Part shown: positions 29,176 to 38,585 of the stretch, piece after piece
How positions within the stretch are numbered: position 1 is the first letter of the stretch
Layout of the letters: every line of letters starts with the position of its first letter
Sequence record: MT995927.1
Length of the DNA stretch: 64,000 bases
Direction: 5' to 3' (one strand)
The notes under the pieces: generated by a model
Database searches by the model: none
The model's input: only the letters and a program-made list of their open reading frames with translations
What the model was told of the DNA's origin: nothing
Translations under genes and position numbers: made by a program

Positions 29176-29200
29176 GCCTCCCTTCGGGGAGGCTTTATTT
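29176..29200 (+). terminator. intrinsic terminator
   Basis: GCCTCCC-TTCG-GGGAGGC-TTT. Confidence 0.85.
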
Positions 29201-29252
29201 TCCCTTGGTGGAATAATGAACTTCTTGCTTTTTGAAAAAAGGTAGGTGAATA

Positions 29253-30086
29253 ATGGATCCACGTCATCCGGTTAGTGGCGAGATGCGTTCAGTCATTGAT
29301 ACAGAACTAACTAGAATTGAACAGAAATATGGTGTAAAGATTATTTATGCCTGTGAGTCCGGTAGTCGTGGTTGGGGTTTCGCTTCTACTAATAGTGATT
29401 ATGATGTTCGCTTTATTTATGTTAACCATCCGAGACATTACGTTCGTGTGGATAATGAAGCACGTGATACTATCGAAGAGATGGTATCTAAAGAACTAGA
29501 CCTTGCTGGTTGGAACATCACTAAGACTCTTCAACTTGCTTACAAGTCTAACCCCACTCTCTTGGAATGGCTAAACTCCCCAATCGTTTACCGTAAGGTT
29601 GATTGTGACTACAAGTTAATCCGTGATGCTGCACTAAAGCACTTCATCCCTGAATCGAGTTACATGCATTATATCTCGATGGCCAAACAAAACAAAATGC
29701 GTTGGTTGTCAGATGAGAAGGTCCGGATGAAGAAGTACTTCTATTCTCTTCGTCCTCTGTTGGCTGCAATGTGGGTCCGTGAAAGTCCGGAACATCCACC
29801 GATGGTATTCCATGACCTACTGCCTCTTCTGTCAGATCCTATCCTTTATAAACGTATCCAAGAACTGGTTAATGATAAGGTTGGGTCTATTGAACAGGAT
29901 CTGATAGATCGTTGCCCTATATTAGATCAGTTCATCGATTTTCAATTGAGTCGTGAGAAACCAGACTTCGGTAAATACGAACGTCCGGACATCTATACAC
30001 TTACCGATCTAGCCTGGCATTTTGTTGACCAATACAAGCTCGACACATTCGCGAAACTACAGGATATCGAACGAAGAAAATATTAG
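29253..30086 (+). CDS. RlaP/YcgL-type Pol-beta nucleotidyltransferase
   Basis: ESGSRGWGFASTNSDYDVRFIY, DLAGW, SNPTLLEWLNSP, KKYFYSLRPLLA. Confidence 0.9.
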   Translation: MDPRHPVSGEMRSVIDTELTRIEQKYGVKIIYACESGSRGWGFASTNSDYDVRFIYVNHPRHYVRVDNEARDTIEEMVSKELDLAGWNITKTLQLAYKSNPTLLEWLNSPIVYRKVDCDYKLIRDAALKHFIPESSYMHYISMAKQNKMRWLSDEKVRMKKYFYSLRPLLAAMWVRESPEHPPMVFHDLLPLLSDPILYKRIQELVNDKVGSIEQDLIDRCPILDQFIDFQLSREKPDFGKYERPDIYTLTDLAWHFVDQYKLDTFAKLQDIERRKY

Positions 30087-30135
30087 TCAATAAAGAAAAA
30101 AGTTTAATACCATCTTATTAAAAGGAAAATATTTT

Positions 30136-30636
30136 ATGCTATTTAAAGATGAACTATGCATCGAAAATATCTTAGTAAAAGAAAAACTATATCTAGTTAG
30201 AAATATTGGTAGGAATCGTGAGGTATATCCTAATCCAGAAGTAATGTATAAGGATATTAAGAAGTTCACTAAAACGTATGGTGTGATTCCAATGCAGTTC
30301 TTAGGGCCACTACTTCATGAAATCGTTGAACGAGAAGATTTCGCCTTAAGAGAAAAAGAAGCACAGAAATTCATTGATAATAATCCTTATACTTTAGTTG
30401 AACCTATCGGTAATATTCATCTTGACTACGTTATTCGTAATTATATTATCCCAACTACTACTGATCCAGATTGTAATAAATTCACTATTAATCTTTATAA
30501 GTATAAAGAATTTTTAGAAGCGGTTACTAATAGGTTAAACATGCCATCTTTTTGGGCTGGCTGGATGCCTAATCGTAATTACTTACTGGCGATGCGTGAA
30601 CGTCTACTTACCATCCAGGATATTGTGGAAAATTAA
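30136..30636 (+). CDS. hypothetical protein
   Basis: 166 aa, AAGGA SD. Confidence 0.8.
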   Translation: MLFKDELCIENILVKEKLYLVRNIGRNREVYPNPEVMYKDIKKFTKTYGVIPMQFLGPLLHEIVEREDFALREKEAQKFIDNNPYTLVEPIGNIHLDYVIRNYIIPTTTDPDCNKFTINLYKYKEFLEAVTNRLNMPSFWAGWMPNRNYLLAMRERLLTIQDIVEN

Positions 30637-30735
30637 TGAAGTTTAGAATGTTAAAAGTTAATGTATTCAATTTACTCTACTACATACTTTACCCTACTCC
30701 ATATTGGGGTAGGGGTATTAAGGTGGAGTATAAAT

Positions 30736-31029
30736 ATGTCAAGCAACAAACTAACTGCACAACTTAATCGTCATCACAATACTCGTATAGTTAATTATTA
30801 TGTTTCACTAGCCGCGAGTCTTTATAATGACACTAATCCTTCAGCAAAGGCTAAAGGTAAATGGCGTAAACATAATCCGTTTAACTGCGGTAGGTCTCGT
30901 TGTATGCTATGTGGTAATCCGCGTAAACATTGGAATAGGATTACTCTTAATGAATTAAAAATAAATATTTCATTAAAAGAGCAACTCAATGATCTTTATG
31001 TAGATTATGCTACGCTGACTGAGGATTAA
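30736..31029 (+). CDS. conserved phage protein with CxxxxCxxC Zn motif
   Basis: KHNPFNCGRSRCMLCGNPRK; start moved to the ATG after GGAG. Confidence 0.75.
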   Translation: MSSNKLTAQLNRHHNTRIVNYYVSLAASLYNDTNPSAKAKGKWRKHNPFNCGRSRCMLCGNPRKHWNRITLNELKINISLKEQLNDLYVDYATLTED

Positions 31030-31100
31030 ATTATGCATGAAGAATATGAAGCAATTTAATAGTTTAAATTAATCTTTTGAAATAAATTTGGAATTAACAA

Positions 31101-31229
31101 ATGAAAGTTAAAAATAAGCAACAACCTAAGTTTGTCAATCTAGCGACCATGCAAGTTGCTTGGCGTTTAAATAACACCCTGCAAGAGCTTAAAGCTAAGC
31201 GAGAAGCTAAAGAGAAACAAAAAGAGTAA
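31101..31229 (+). CDS. 42 aa basic micropeptide
   Basis: MKVKNKQQPKFVNL...KE read by hand. Confidence 0.5.
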   Translation: MKVKNKQQPKFVNLATMQVAWRLNNTLQELKAKREAKEKQKE

Positions 31230-31317
31230 AACTATTTAGTTGCATAAAGAGAGAGGAATTTATCCTCTCTCTTTTTTATGTTGTTTTATAATTTGTATAC
31301 TACAGGTATATTTCAAT

Positions 31318-31734
31318 ATGGAATCTTATTTACACGTACCACTGCTGAATGCAGCTATTCATGCAATGCATAATGAAATGATGCGTATTCTATCATCGAA
31401 GTATTCTTTAAATAAACTGCCACAAATTTTAAATAAGAAATACGATATTGGGGATGATGTATTTTTTAATATAGCTTGTAACATGGTGAACCATACGCCT
31501 AATTTAATTACAACTACAATTGAAGTTAAAGCATACATTCCGGATTTATCTATATCTGAATATATGTATCGCTTTATTTTTTCTAACACTTATATAAAAA
31601 ATAATGATCTAACATCAATAGCCAATGGAACTATTCAACTAAGTATTAAAGATGATTATGAACTAGATAGAAATATCCTAACTGATATGTTTGTTCTTTA
31701 TTCTCGGATCACTGAACCTAAAGAGGATTTTTAA
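31318..31734 (+). CDS. hypothetical protein
   Basis: Start moved from TTG 31240 to ATG 31318 (AGGT SD). Confidence 0.7.
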   Translation: MESYLHVPLLNAAIHAMHNEMMRILSSKYSLNKLPQILNKKYDIGDDVFFNIACNMVNHTPNLITTTIEVKAYIPDLSISEYMYRFIFSNTYIKNNDLTSIANGTIQLSIKDDYELDRNILTDMFVLYSRITEPKEDF

Positions 31735-31735
31735 G

Positions 31736-32218
31736 ATGGTTGAGCATTTAAATAAAGATAACTTCTTTTCATGGGGTGCTGTAGTAGGTGGTGCGCTATT
31801 ACAGTATTTTGAAAATGGTAAACTTGAAGGTGGGTATGATATATTTAAATTCAGTGATGATACCAACGGCCTAGTTATTACAGGTGGTATAACGCATCGA
31901 AAAAATATCGGGATCCTGAGTGGTCAAGGTGATGATGAAGATCTGTTTTTAGTATTTGTCATAAGTAATACCAATAAACCATATGTCGTATGGTATTATG
32001 ATATTTATAAAGATAATGAAGGTATTTGTTTTACGAATGCTTCACCTACCAGTGGTCGTATTTTTAAATCAGATACTGATGAAAATAATGACCTGTCGAT
32101 AAGTCAATTACTTAAAGTAGTTAAATACCTAGTAGATGAACGAGTTCGTTTAAATAAAAATATAGTTAATTCACCAGGTTATGAAATAATTGAAGAAGAT
32201 AAAGACTTTCAACTATAA
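31736..32218 (+). CDS. hypothetical protein
   Basis: Start moved to ATG 31736 (GAGG SD). Confidence 0.75.
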   Translation: MVEHLNKDNFFSWGAVVGGALLQYFENGKLEGGYDIFKFSDDTNGLVITGGITHRKNIGILSGQGDDEDLFLVFVISNTNKPYVVWYYDIYKDNEGICFTNASPTSGRIFKSDTDENNDLSISQLLKVVKYLVDERVRLNKNIVNSPGYEIIEEDKDFQL

Positions 32219-32245
32219 TAAGTCTTTTACAAAGTTACCATAAAG

Positions 32246-32266
32246 GCCTCCCTTCGGGGAGGCTTT
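32246..32266 (+). terminator. intrinsic terminator
   Basis: GCCTCCC-TTCG-GGGAGGC-TTT. Confidence 0.85.
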
Positions 32267-32303
32267 ATATTGTGTTTTTTTGTATTCAAACATATTTTAA
32301 CAG

Positions 32304-32311
32304 TATATTAC
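32304..32311 (+). promoter_or_regulatory. early promoter (family A-like)
   Basis: TTTTAACAG-TATATTAC. Confidence 0.8.
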
Positions 32312-32347
32312 TAACTTGAATTCAATCTTGAAAAAAGGAGATATGTC

Positions 32348-32677
32348 ATGAATATGTCAACTATTTCCACTGGTGTTCTGGTACTAGGTGGCATCGCATT
32401 TGGTTACCATCTCTTTGATGGGGCACGCTCCATTTATAAAGAATGGTCGATGGAATACATTTACAAAAAGCAAATGGCTAAGGTAAAGGAGCAGCTTACC
32501 GAATATGAAAATAAGTATGTTGAGATTCCATCAATAGCTGAAATAAATATCTATATCGAACCAGTTCTAACTGAAGCTTTAAATAAACTTGATCGGTATA
32601 GCTACAGCTGCTTCTTACATGATGTCGAACAGTACATCGAGTTTATTATTGATAATTATCGTGTAGTTAATCGATAA
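32348..32677 (+). CDS. early N-terminal-TM protein; positional candidate for a phiKZ gp241 homologue
   Basis: Monocistronic early unit; TM GVLVLGGIAFGYHLF; three genes upstream of the gp244-like late gene. Confidence 0.55.
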   Translation: MNMSTISTGVLVLGGIAFGYHLFDGARSIYKEWSMEYIYKKQMAKVKEQLTEYENKYVEIPSIAEINIYIEPVLTEALNKLDRYSYSCFLHDVEQYIEFIIDNYRVVNR

Positions 32678-32689
32678 TAAGAGCATATG

Positions 32690-32743
32690 GCCCTCCCTTC
32701 GGGGAGGGCTATTGCACTAAATTTTATTTGAGATATATATTAC
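32690..32743 (+). repeat. 45-bp terminator + promoter cassette, copy 2, with TATATTAC at 32736-43
   Basis: Identical to 16705..16749. Confidence 0.9.
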
Positions 32744-32788
32744 ATGTGTGTATTACAAAATCAAATTAATGTGTCGAGGTTTTAATAG

Positions 32789-33226
32789 ATGGACGTAGTT
32801 ACTAACATTTGGGAGGACGTTCTTACGAACGTGCATCACAAACTAAAGGTAATGGCCACTACTGCTGGCGATGTCATTCATACAGTGGAACCCAAATTAA
32901 ATGAAATGATTAAATCGAATATTAATCAACTACAGACAGAAAGGTATAGTCTTAGTTTAAACAAAACTAAAGACAATAAATACTACGCAAAATACCATGA
33001 TAATCATCATGGCTGGGATGTTTATTTATTTGTTGAACAAACTAGGTATGGGGCTATTGTTGGTAGTGGGTTACGCCATCGTGCTAAAGAAGCTTGGGGG
33101 CTTAATAAATTCAGAGAATATAATCTTATCAAAGTAAGGTGTACTCGACAAAATAGTGTTGTTGATAGTATTGTCTTCTTCGATGATCCATCTGAATATT
33201 TTCTTAGAGCTGTAAATAAATTTTAA
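32789..33226 (+). CDS. hypothetical early protein
   Basis: 145 aa, GAGG SD. Confidence 0.8.
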   Translation: MDVVTNIWEDVLTNVHHKLKVMATTAGDVIHTVEPKLNEMIKSNINQLQTERYSLSLNKTKDNKYYAKYHDNHHGWDVYLFVEQTRYGAIVGSGLRHRAKEAWGLNKFREYNLIKVRCTRQNSVVDSIVFFDDPSEYFLRAVNKF

Positions 33227-33246
33227 ATTAACTAAAAGGTAAAAAA

Positions 33247-34143
33247 ATGAATAATCTACAAGTTAATACCACTATTAAAGAATTACATAAACTTTTAATC
33301 TGTAATATTATTGATGGTAAACTAATTGAATATAATGATATTGTGAAAGAACTGAAAATTACTAATGATGAATTAGATAATCTACTAATAGCTATTTCAA
33401 AGCTATCTGATACACCAATTAATAATATCTTTAAATCACTTTCACTAGCAATTGATCTACGTACAATTACATCCGTCATTGAAAAACTTAGTAATTCTAC
33501 GAAACTATCTAAAAAAGAAATCCAGCTAGATCTGTTAACTAGGTTAGGAATAAAAGATAATTATTTTTCGAATAGTTTTACCAACGTGTATCATGAACTA
33601 AGTGATATTATCAAAAAGCTTGAATATAGTGATAAACTATATCAATCAGATTATCAAAACTTTATTATTGATAAAGTAACTAGTCATTTTAAAGATGTAT
33701 TATATTCAGCTGGTTATGCAATCAATGATATTTATAAGTACACTGATTCTAAAGTAGTTAATGTAGATGAAAATGGACTATTGATAGGTATGAGCATTAC
33801 CAATTATGACTTCCATAATGAGGACGAACCAATTAGAACTATTGGTTTTTCATTAATTGATGAAACTAAGGGTTGTGTTGGAAAATCTGAAACTATTAAA
33901 AAGTTTGATGTTGAATATTTTCTTAATGCAATGGATACTATCAATATTAACCCTGCTGTTATTATTTTTTCAAATCAGTATCGAGAAAAAGACTTAGCCA
34001 TTCATAATGCTATCATGAATGAATTTAAGGTGAACAAGATTTCAAATAATACACGTGACAATATAGTATCTTATCATACTGTCATGATGGGGCATAACTG
34101 TATTATCTCATTTAATCACAATGGGTTCCTATTGAAAATTTAA
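33247..34143 (+). CDS. hypothetical protein (298 aa)
   Basis: AAGG SD. Confidence 0.75.
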
Positions 34144-34167
34144 TAGAATATCAATTAAAAATTATCT

Positions 34168-34174
34168 TATGTAG
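34168..34174 (+). promoter_or_regulatory. late promoter (TATG type)
   Basis: TATGTAG ~30 nt before the 34201 ORF. Confidence 0.6.
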
Positions 34175-34200
34175 TTTATCTAATTAAGGAAACAAAAAGA

Positions 34201-34557
34201 ATGCCAACTTATATTGAATTAATCAATATTGTCAATGATGATACTCCTGTAGATGATGCAGTTATTAGTGATCTGATGAGTCAAATGAATGATAAACAAA
34301 CTGTTCTTGACAGTTGTCGTATCAATCATAAAGGCTATGCTTATTTTAAGTTCCATGTTAAGGGATCAATTAGTAAGGATAAACTTAAGGCTCTAAATGA
34401 AACTTTAAAAGATTCTAATCTTGTTGTGACTGATGCTAGTACACAACGTGGTTTCATGCCACCTAATAAGTTTGATGATATCACTTATACTGAAGAGAGT
34501 GTTGGTTATAGGGCAATGGTCTGGACAAGCTTCACTATTGAAAAGCTACTTGTATAA
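34201..34557 (+). CDS. probable late/structural protein (phiKZ gp244-like by position)
   Basis: 118 aa, own TATGTAG promoter and terminator inside an early region. Confidence 0.55.
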   Translation: MPTYIELINIVNDDTPVDDAVISDLMSQMNDKQTVLDSCRINHKGYAYFKFHVKGSISKDKLKALNETLKDSNLVVTDASTQRGFMPPNKFDDITYTEESVGYRAMVWTSFTIEKLLV

Positions 34558-34559
34558 TA

Positions 34560-34579
34560 AGAGCCCTTCGGGGCTCTTT
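34560..34579 (+). terminator. intrinsic terminator
   Basis: AGAGCCC-TTCG-GGGCTCT-TT. Confidence 0.8.
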
Positions 34580-34607
34580 CTATTTCGCAATTAGGTATCT
34601 GTATTAA

Positions 34608-35042
34608 ATGGATAAGTATCCTATTCTACAAGCTATGTCTAAAGAAGAGGCATTTAGACTTTTAGACATACAAGGTGAGTTTAGAAAAACTCAAATGAAA
34701 GAAAGGTATTGGAATGAGGAAACTGGTCTATGGTGGTGGGAACAACATCCCGATGTGAAATTAAGGATAGTTGCCGCCTGCAATAGATGGAAGGATGTTT
34801 ATTTCATTGCAGCGAGGCATTCATCAATCCTAATGACACAACAGCAGCTAATGTATGGTGGTCTTAAGGTATTGCATGAATATGCAGGTGATGATCATGA
34901 ACAAGGTTTCATTGATCAATATGAGAATTTCTACACTAGAGAAGAGGCAGCAGTTATTGCAAAGAATAATAATCAGTTATATCGAGCTGAATTAGAAAAT
35001 AGGTTAGTAACTAAATATTTATTTAGTGAAGACCTATATTAG
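34608..35042 (+). CDS. conserved phage hypothetical protein
   Basis: ARH...QGFIDQ..FYTREEA..IA....Q...LFSEDLY family pattern. Confidence 0.75.
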   Translation: MDKYPILQAMSKEEAFRLLDIQGEFRKTQMKERYWNEETGLWWWEQHPDVKLRIVAACNRWKDVYFIAARHSSILMTQQQLMYGGLKVLHEYAGDDHEQGFIDQYENFYTREEAAVIAKNNNQLYRAELENRLVTKYLFSEDLY

Positions 35043-35072
35043 GTTTCCAATAATTTAAATAGGAATATAGCT

Positions 35073-35729
35073 ATGCTAATGAATGAAATTATCGATATTC
35101 TAGAAGGAGGGAAAGAGAATATTCTCTTAACTAACCATCTAGGTAATGGCAAATATTCCAATGCGGGTAATGCAATGGCTGCATCATATGCCATTGCGGC
35201 ACATACTGCTGTTGGTCAATTGCGAGATGGTTCAGGAAAACCTTACTGGCATCATTTATTACAAGTAGCTGAGATGGCGCAATTATTCGACCTATCTCAC
35301 GCTGCTTATAAAGCAGCATGGTTACATGATGTAATTGAGGATACTGCTGTAACTGCTTCTGATCTAACTAAACTATTCTCAATCCCTGTTGTTAATTTAG
35401 TAACTGAACTAACAAATGTAACTTACGAAGGTAATCGTAAAACTAGGATTAGTTTACAACATGAAAGACTTTCTCGCATTTCATGGAGTGGTCAATCTCT
35501 TAAGTTACTAGATTCCATTTCAAACATGTGGTCGATTGTTAATGATAAGCCTGATTTTGCTGAACTGTATCTGACTGAGAAAGCTCAACTAATCAGTAAG
35601 TTAAATAATTGTCACCCCGCTATTAAAGATCTGGCTATATCTGTTCTCTATGGCAGGTGTACTATGGTTGGTGGGGATGCACTAAAAGAATATAATAAAC
35701 TATTTTCTGATAATGAAATTGTATGTTAA
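35073..35729 (+). CDS. RelA/SpoT-type HD hydrolase (small alarmone hydrolase, Mesh1-like)
   Basis: AAH.GQ.R..SGKPY..H...VA, AAWLHDVIEDT, V.ELT, LKLLD..SN. Confidence 0.85.
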   Translation: MLMNEIIDILEGGKENILLTNHLGNGKYSNAGNAMAASYAIAAHTAVGQLRDGSGKPYWHHLLQVAEMAQLFDLSHAAYKAAWLHDVIEDTAVTASDLTKLFSIPVVNLVTELTNVTYEGNRKTRISLQHERLSRISWSGQSLKLLDSISNMWSIVNDKPDFAELYLTEKAQLISKLNNCHPAIKDLAISVLYGRCTMVGGDALKEYNKLFSDNEIVC

Positions 35730-35747
35730 AATAATTACTTAATATAC

Positions 35748-35770
35748 ACCCTCCCTTCGGGGAGGGTTTT
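35748..35770 (+). terminator. intrinsic terminator
   Basis: ACCCTCCC-TTCG-GGGAGGGT-TTT. Confidence 0.85.
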
Positions 35771-35806
35771 ATTTATCTTTTTTTGTATTTAAACTATTTA
35801 AAAAGC

Positions 35807-35814
35807 TATATTAC
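35807..35814 (+). promoter_or_regulatory. early promoter
   Basis: TATATTAC followed by AAATATGA. Confidence 0.8.
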
Positions 35815-35847
35815 AAATATGAATTTAATAACCAAGAGGGCAATACA

Positions 35848-36111
35848 ATGACTGAACGTTTGAAATCCGTATGGTGCGCTTGCAGCTTACTGCGTGAACG
35901 CTGGAGACACATCCAAGACATTGCTGTCGGGGATGAACATCATGTCATAGTAAAAAACGATATGCTGATGGTGTTTCGTGGTCAAGTACCGGTAGGTAGC
36001 ATGTACCGGGGTGACAGTGACCCACTCATCTACGAGGGTGGTGCACTGGAAGAATTTACTAAAGTTGTATTGGATTTAGAATTCAATACTCGTGGTGAAA
36101 CCAATAGTTAA
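35848..36111 (+). CDS. hypothetical early protein
   Basis: 87 aa, GAGG SD. Confidence 0.75.
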   Translation: MTERLKSVWCACSLLRERWRHIQDIAVGDEHHVIVKNDMLMVFRGQVPVGSMYRGDSDPLIYEGGALEEFTKVVLDLEFNTRGETNS

Positions 36112-36137
36112 TAAAATTAATTTTGAGGTAATTCATT

Positions 36138-36545
36138 ATGAAATATGTAATTGTATTTATGTTGTCTATTGTAACTATCACTGCTAACTCGGCTGTCATG
36201 TACACTAATCGTGATTCATGCATCGAGTTTGTAAAACAGGCAGATGAATTGTTTGTAAAAGGTGCATCTGTAACTGAAGTGCAAATGAAGACTTATGAAA
36301 GGATTCATTATATCCTTAATAACACTAAAGATCTAAAGACCAACCAGTCTAAAGTTGAAGAACTCACTGGTCTATTTTACCTATGGTCTAAGGTAGATAA
36401 AATGGCAATTGAGGCAAGTTTGCCACGTGCAACAAATGCTGCTAAAGTCTATAAGACCACTCCTGAGAAATTCATCATTGATGGTTATTTCCAGCGTTGT
36501 GTAGCGGCAGGTGCGTTTGAAGCAAAACCACTTACTCTAAAATAA
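36138..36545 (+). CDS. exported two-Cys helical protein
   Basis: Signal peptide ..TANS/A; RDSC...QRC. Confidence 0.8.
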   Translation: MKYVIVFMLSIVTITANSAVMYTNRDSCIEFVKQADELFVKGASVTEVQMKTYERIHYILNNTKDLKTNQSKVEELTGLFYLWSKVDKMAIEASLPRATNAAKVYKTTPEKFIIDGYFQRCVAAGAFEAKPLTLK

Positions 36546-36557
36546 TGGAGGTACAAC

Positions 36558-36917
36558 ATGCTTAAGAATTGGCTATTATTCCTTTTCCTGCCAATCCTGT
36601 CCATTGCATGTCAGCCTGCCCACGCTGTAGAAGTGGGTATTACTAAGAAATCATGTAATGTGGCAGTAAATCTTTCACAAAAAGCAACTGAGCTTTATGA
36701 TAAGAACCTATCCCAATTTGAGATAATGATGCAGTTAGATATGATCTCTCGTAAGGATATGGATGACTTAGAGTTCTATGCAGGTACCGTATATGCTAAA
36801 TTAAACTTAGTTGATATTCGCGTAAATAAACGAAAAGGATTTACCAATGGAGCTATTCTAGATAGGCTAGCTGAAAACTGTGTTGAAGCAATTGGTACTA
36901 AATTTAACTTGGAGTAG
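36558..36917 (+). CDS. exported two-Cys helical protein
   Basis: Signal peptide ..PAHA; KKSC...ENCVEAIGTKF. Confidence 0.8.
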   Translation: MLKNWLLFLFLPILSIACQPAHAVEVGITKKSCNVAVNLSQKATELYDKNLSQFEIMMQLDMISRKDMDDLEFYAGTVYAKLNLVDIRVNKRKGFTNGAILDRLAENCVEAIGTKFNLE

Positions 36918-36920
36918 AAT

Positions 36921-37715
36921 ATGGTTAGTATTTATATTGTCATTATACTCATGGCTATGCTAGCTGCATTGACATGTGGTAATTTGGTAGATAGCTGGGT
37001 AAGGCCAGCTATTCTAAAGTGGTTAAATGATGATGTCGCTATTCATTTCACCAATGCTACCTGGATGGTTGGGGGGATCCCTAATAGTGTTCCAATGCAA
37101 CTAGGTAAAGCTGTTTGGTTACCCAAATACGTGGGTGACGGAATACGTCTTTATATCACGGCTGATGAAATAAAATTTGGATGGAATGGTAAAGAAAAAG
37201 ATGCTTTAGCACGAGCCATTGTTGAAGTTATCTTTATTGGTAAAAATCCAAATAGTAAACTTCTTGAAGTAAGTATTAAACCTATTTGGTTACACCCTTC
37301 TATCCAAAAAGAAAGTTTCTATTTAATGTTTGATTGGGAAAAGCTTTATACAAAAAATGAAGAGATGCGTATTTGTTGGAAGACAATACGTCACACTTTT
37401 TTCTATGGATTCCTAGGTTTGCTATTTGGCGGTAGTGCCAATGCAGATAACCTTGTATTAACTGAACGTGGATGTGATCAATATGAAGCAATGGTGAGAA
37501 CTATTGCATCTAAAGCTTATATTGGATTAGATCCAGTTATGGGTAGGGAATTCATTATTAATGATCCTGATATGTTAAATGCCCGTGAGAAAGCACAACG
37601 TAATACCCGTATCATTATCGATATGGTGGAAACTGGACAAGAACCCAAAGACATTGCATTATGGATGAATACTCAATGTAAACAAGAAGCAGTGTCAAAT
37701 TTAATCAAACAGTGA
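36921..37715 (+). CDS. TM protein fused to an internal signal peptide and a two-Cys domain
   Basis: N-terminal TM; in-frame ATG at 37365, ..GGSANA/DNLVLTERGC...TQC. Confidence 0.75.
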   Translation: MVSIYIVIILMAMLAALTCGNLVDSWVRPAILKWLNDDVAIHFTNATWMVGGIPNSVPMQLGKAVWLPKYVGDGIRLYITADEIKFGWNGKEKDALARAIVEVIFIGKNPNSKLLEVSIKPIWLHPSIQKESFYLMFDWEKLYTKNEEMRICWKTIRHTFFYGFLGLLFGGSANADNLVLTERGCDQYEAMVRTIASKAYIGLDPVMGREFIINDPDMLNAREKAQRNTRIIIDMVETGQEPKDIALWMNTQCKQEAVSNLIKQ

Positions 37716-37728
37716 AAAAGGCATAGAT

Positions 37729-38112
37729 ATGAAAAGAAATTTTGAAGATGATCACGTGGTAATGGCAGTGGAAGTATATGAGAAACTGAAAGAAGCTGCT
37801 GCTTATTCATTACACTCTTCTGAAATTAGTAAGATCGAACGACATATGCGTAAGTTTAATCGTGTTCAACGCGATAAACATATTGAAAATATGCATATGG
37901 AAATGCTTGAGAAACGCGAGGCTATTAGAAAAGCAAAATCTTTCTTTTCTCAAAATGCCGGTAAAATTGGTTGCGTAGTAGATAGGCTTGTCAAAGTATG
38001 TGAAGTGTATAAAATGGATAAGTCTATGGTGGTTGTTGAGTTTCTCCAACATAAATCTAAAATTAAAGTTCCAGTAAATCCTGAAAAAATTACTATTCTT
38101 ACCATTAAATAA
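37729..38112 (+). CDS. hypothetical protein, paralogue of 11901
   Basis: VMAVEVYEKL..IERHMRK..IRKAKSFF. Confidence 0.8.
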   Translation: MKRNFEDDHVVMAVEVYEKLKEAAAYSLHSSEISKIERHMRKFNRVQRDKHIENMHMEMLEKREAIRKAKSFFSQNAGKIGCVVDRLVKVCEVYKMDKSMVVVEFLQHKSKIKVPVNPEKITILTIK

Positions 38113-38129
38113 ATGAAGAAGGATTTAAA

Positions 38130-38585
38130 ATGAAAAATGTAATTGCAGCAGCTTTCGCTGGTCTCATTGCCATTACCGGTATCATGTTCAATACCGCAAT
38201 GGCTGAAATCAAGATTGGTAAAAAAGATGCTCAACTCACTGTGCAGTCGTGTGCAATGGTTGAAACCATTACTAAACAAGCTGTATTTCGAATGAGTGAA
38301 GGTCATAGCGCAGATGAAGTTGGTGTGCTTATGCTCAACAACTCTGCTAAACTCAAAGATGAGTTGGATACCAATAATTGGATTGCGTTAACATTCGTAT
38401 TCAATAGTCTTAATAAAATCAATAATGACCTTAACAGTAAAGAGATCCATGATTATATCCGTAGTCAAGGTTACAATGTGACTACTCCTAATCTGGCAGC
38501 TTTTATCAGCGGGTATTATGGCAATTACTGCATGAAGCATATTGGTGAGAAATTCACTCACATGGTAATTGTTGAACTCATTTAA
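38130..38585 (+). CDS. exported two-Cys helical protein
   Basis: Signal peptide ..TAMA; VQSC...NYCMKHIGEKF. Confidence 0.8.
   Translation: MKNVIAAAFAGLIAITGIMFNTAMAEIKIGKKDAQLTVQSCAMVETITKQAVFRMSEGHSADEVGVLMLNNSAKLKDELDTNNWIALTFVFNSLNKINNDLNSKEIHDYIRSQGYNVTTPNLAAFISGYYGNYCMKHIGEKFTHMVIVELI

Noticed and set aside
36558-36620. Lipoprotein (SIAC)
   Set aside because: Poor lipobox (-3 is Ser); a clear AHA signal-peptidase I site follows
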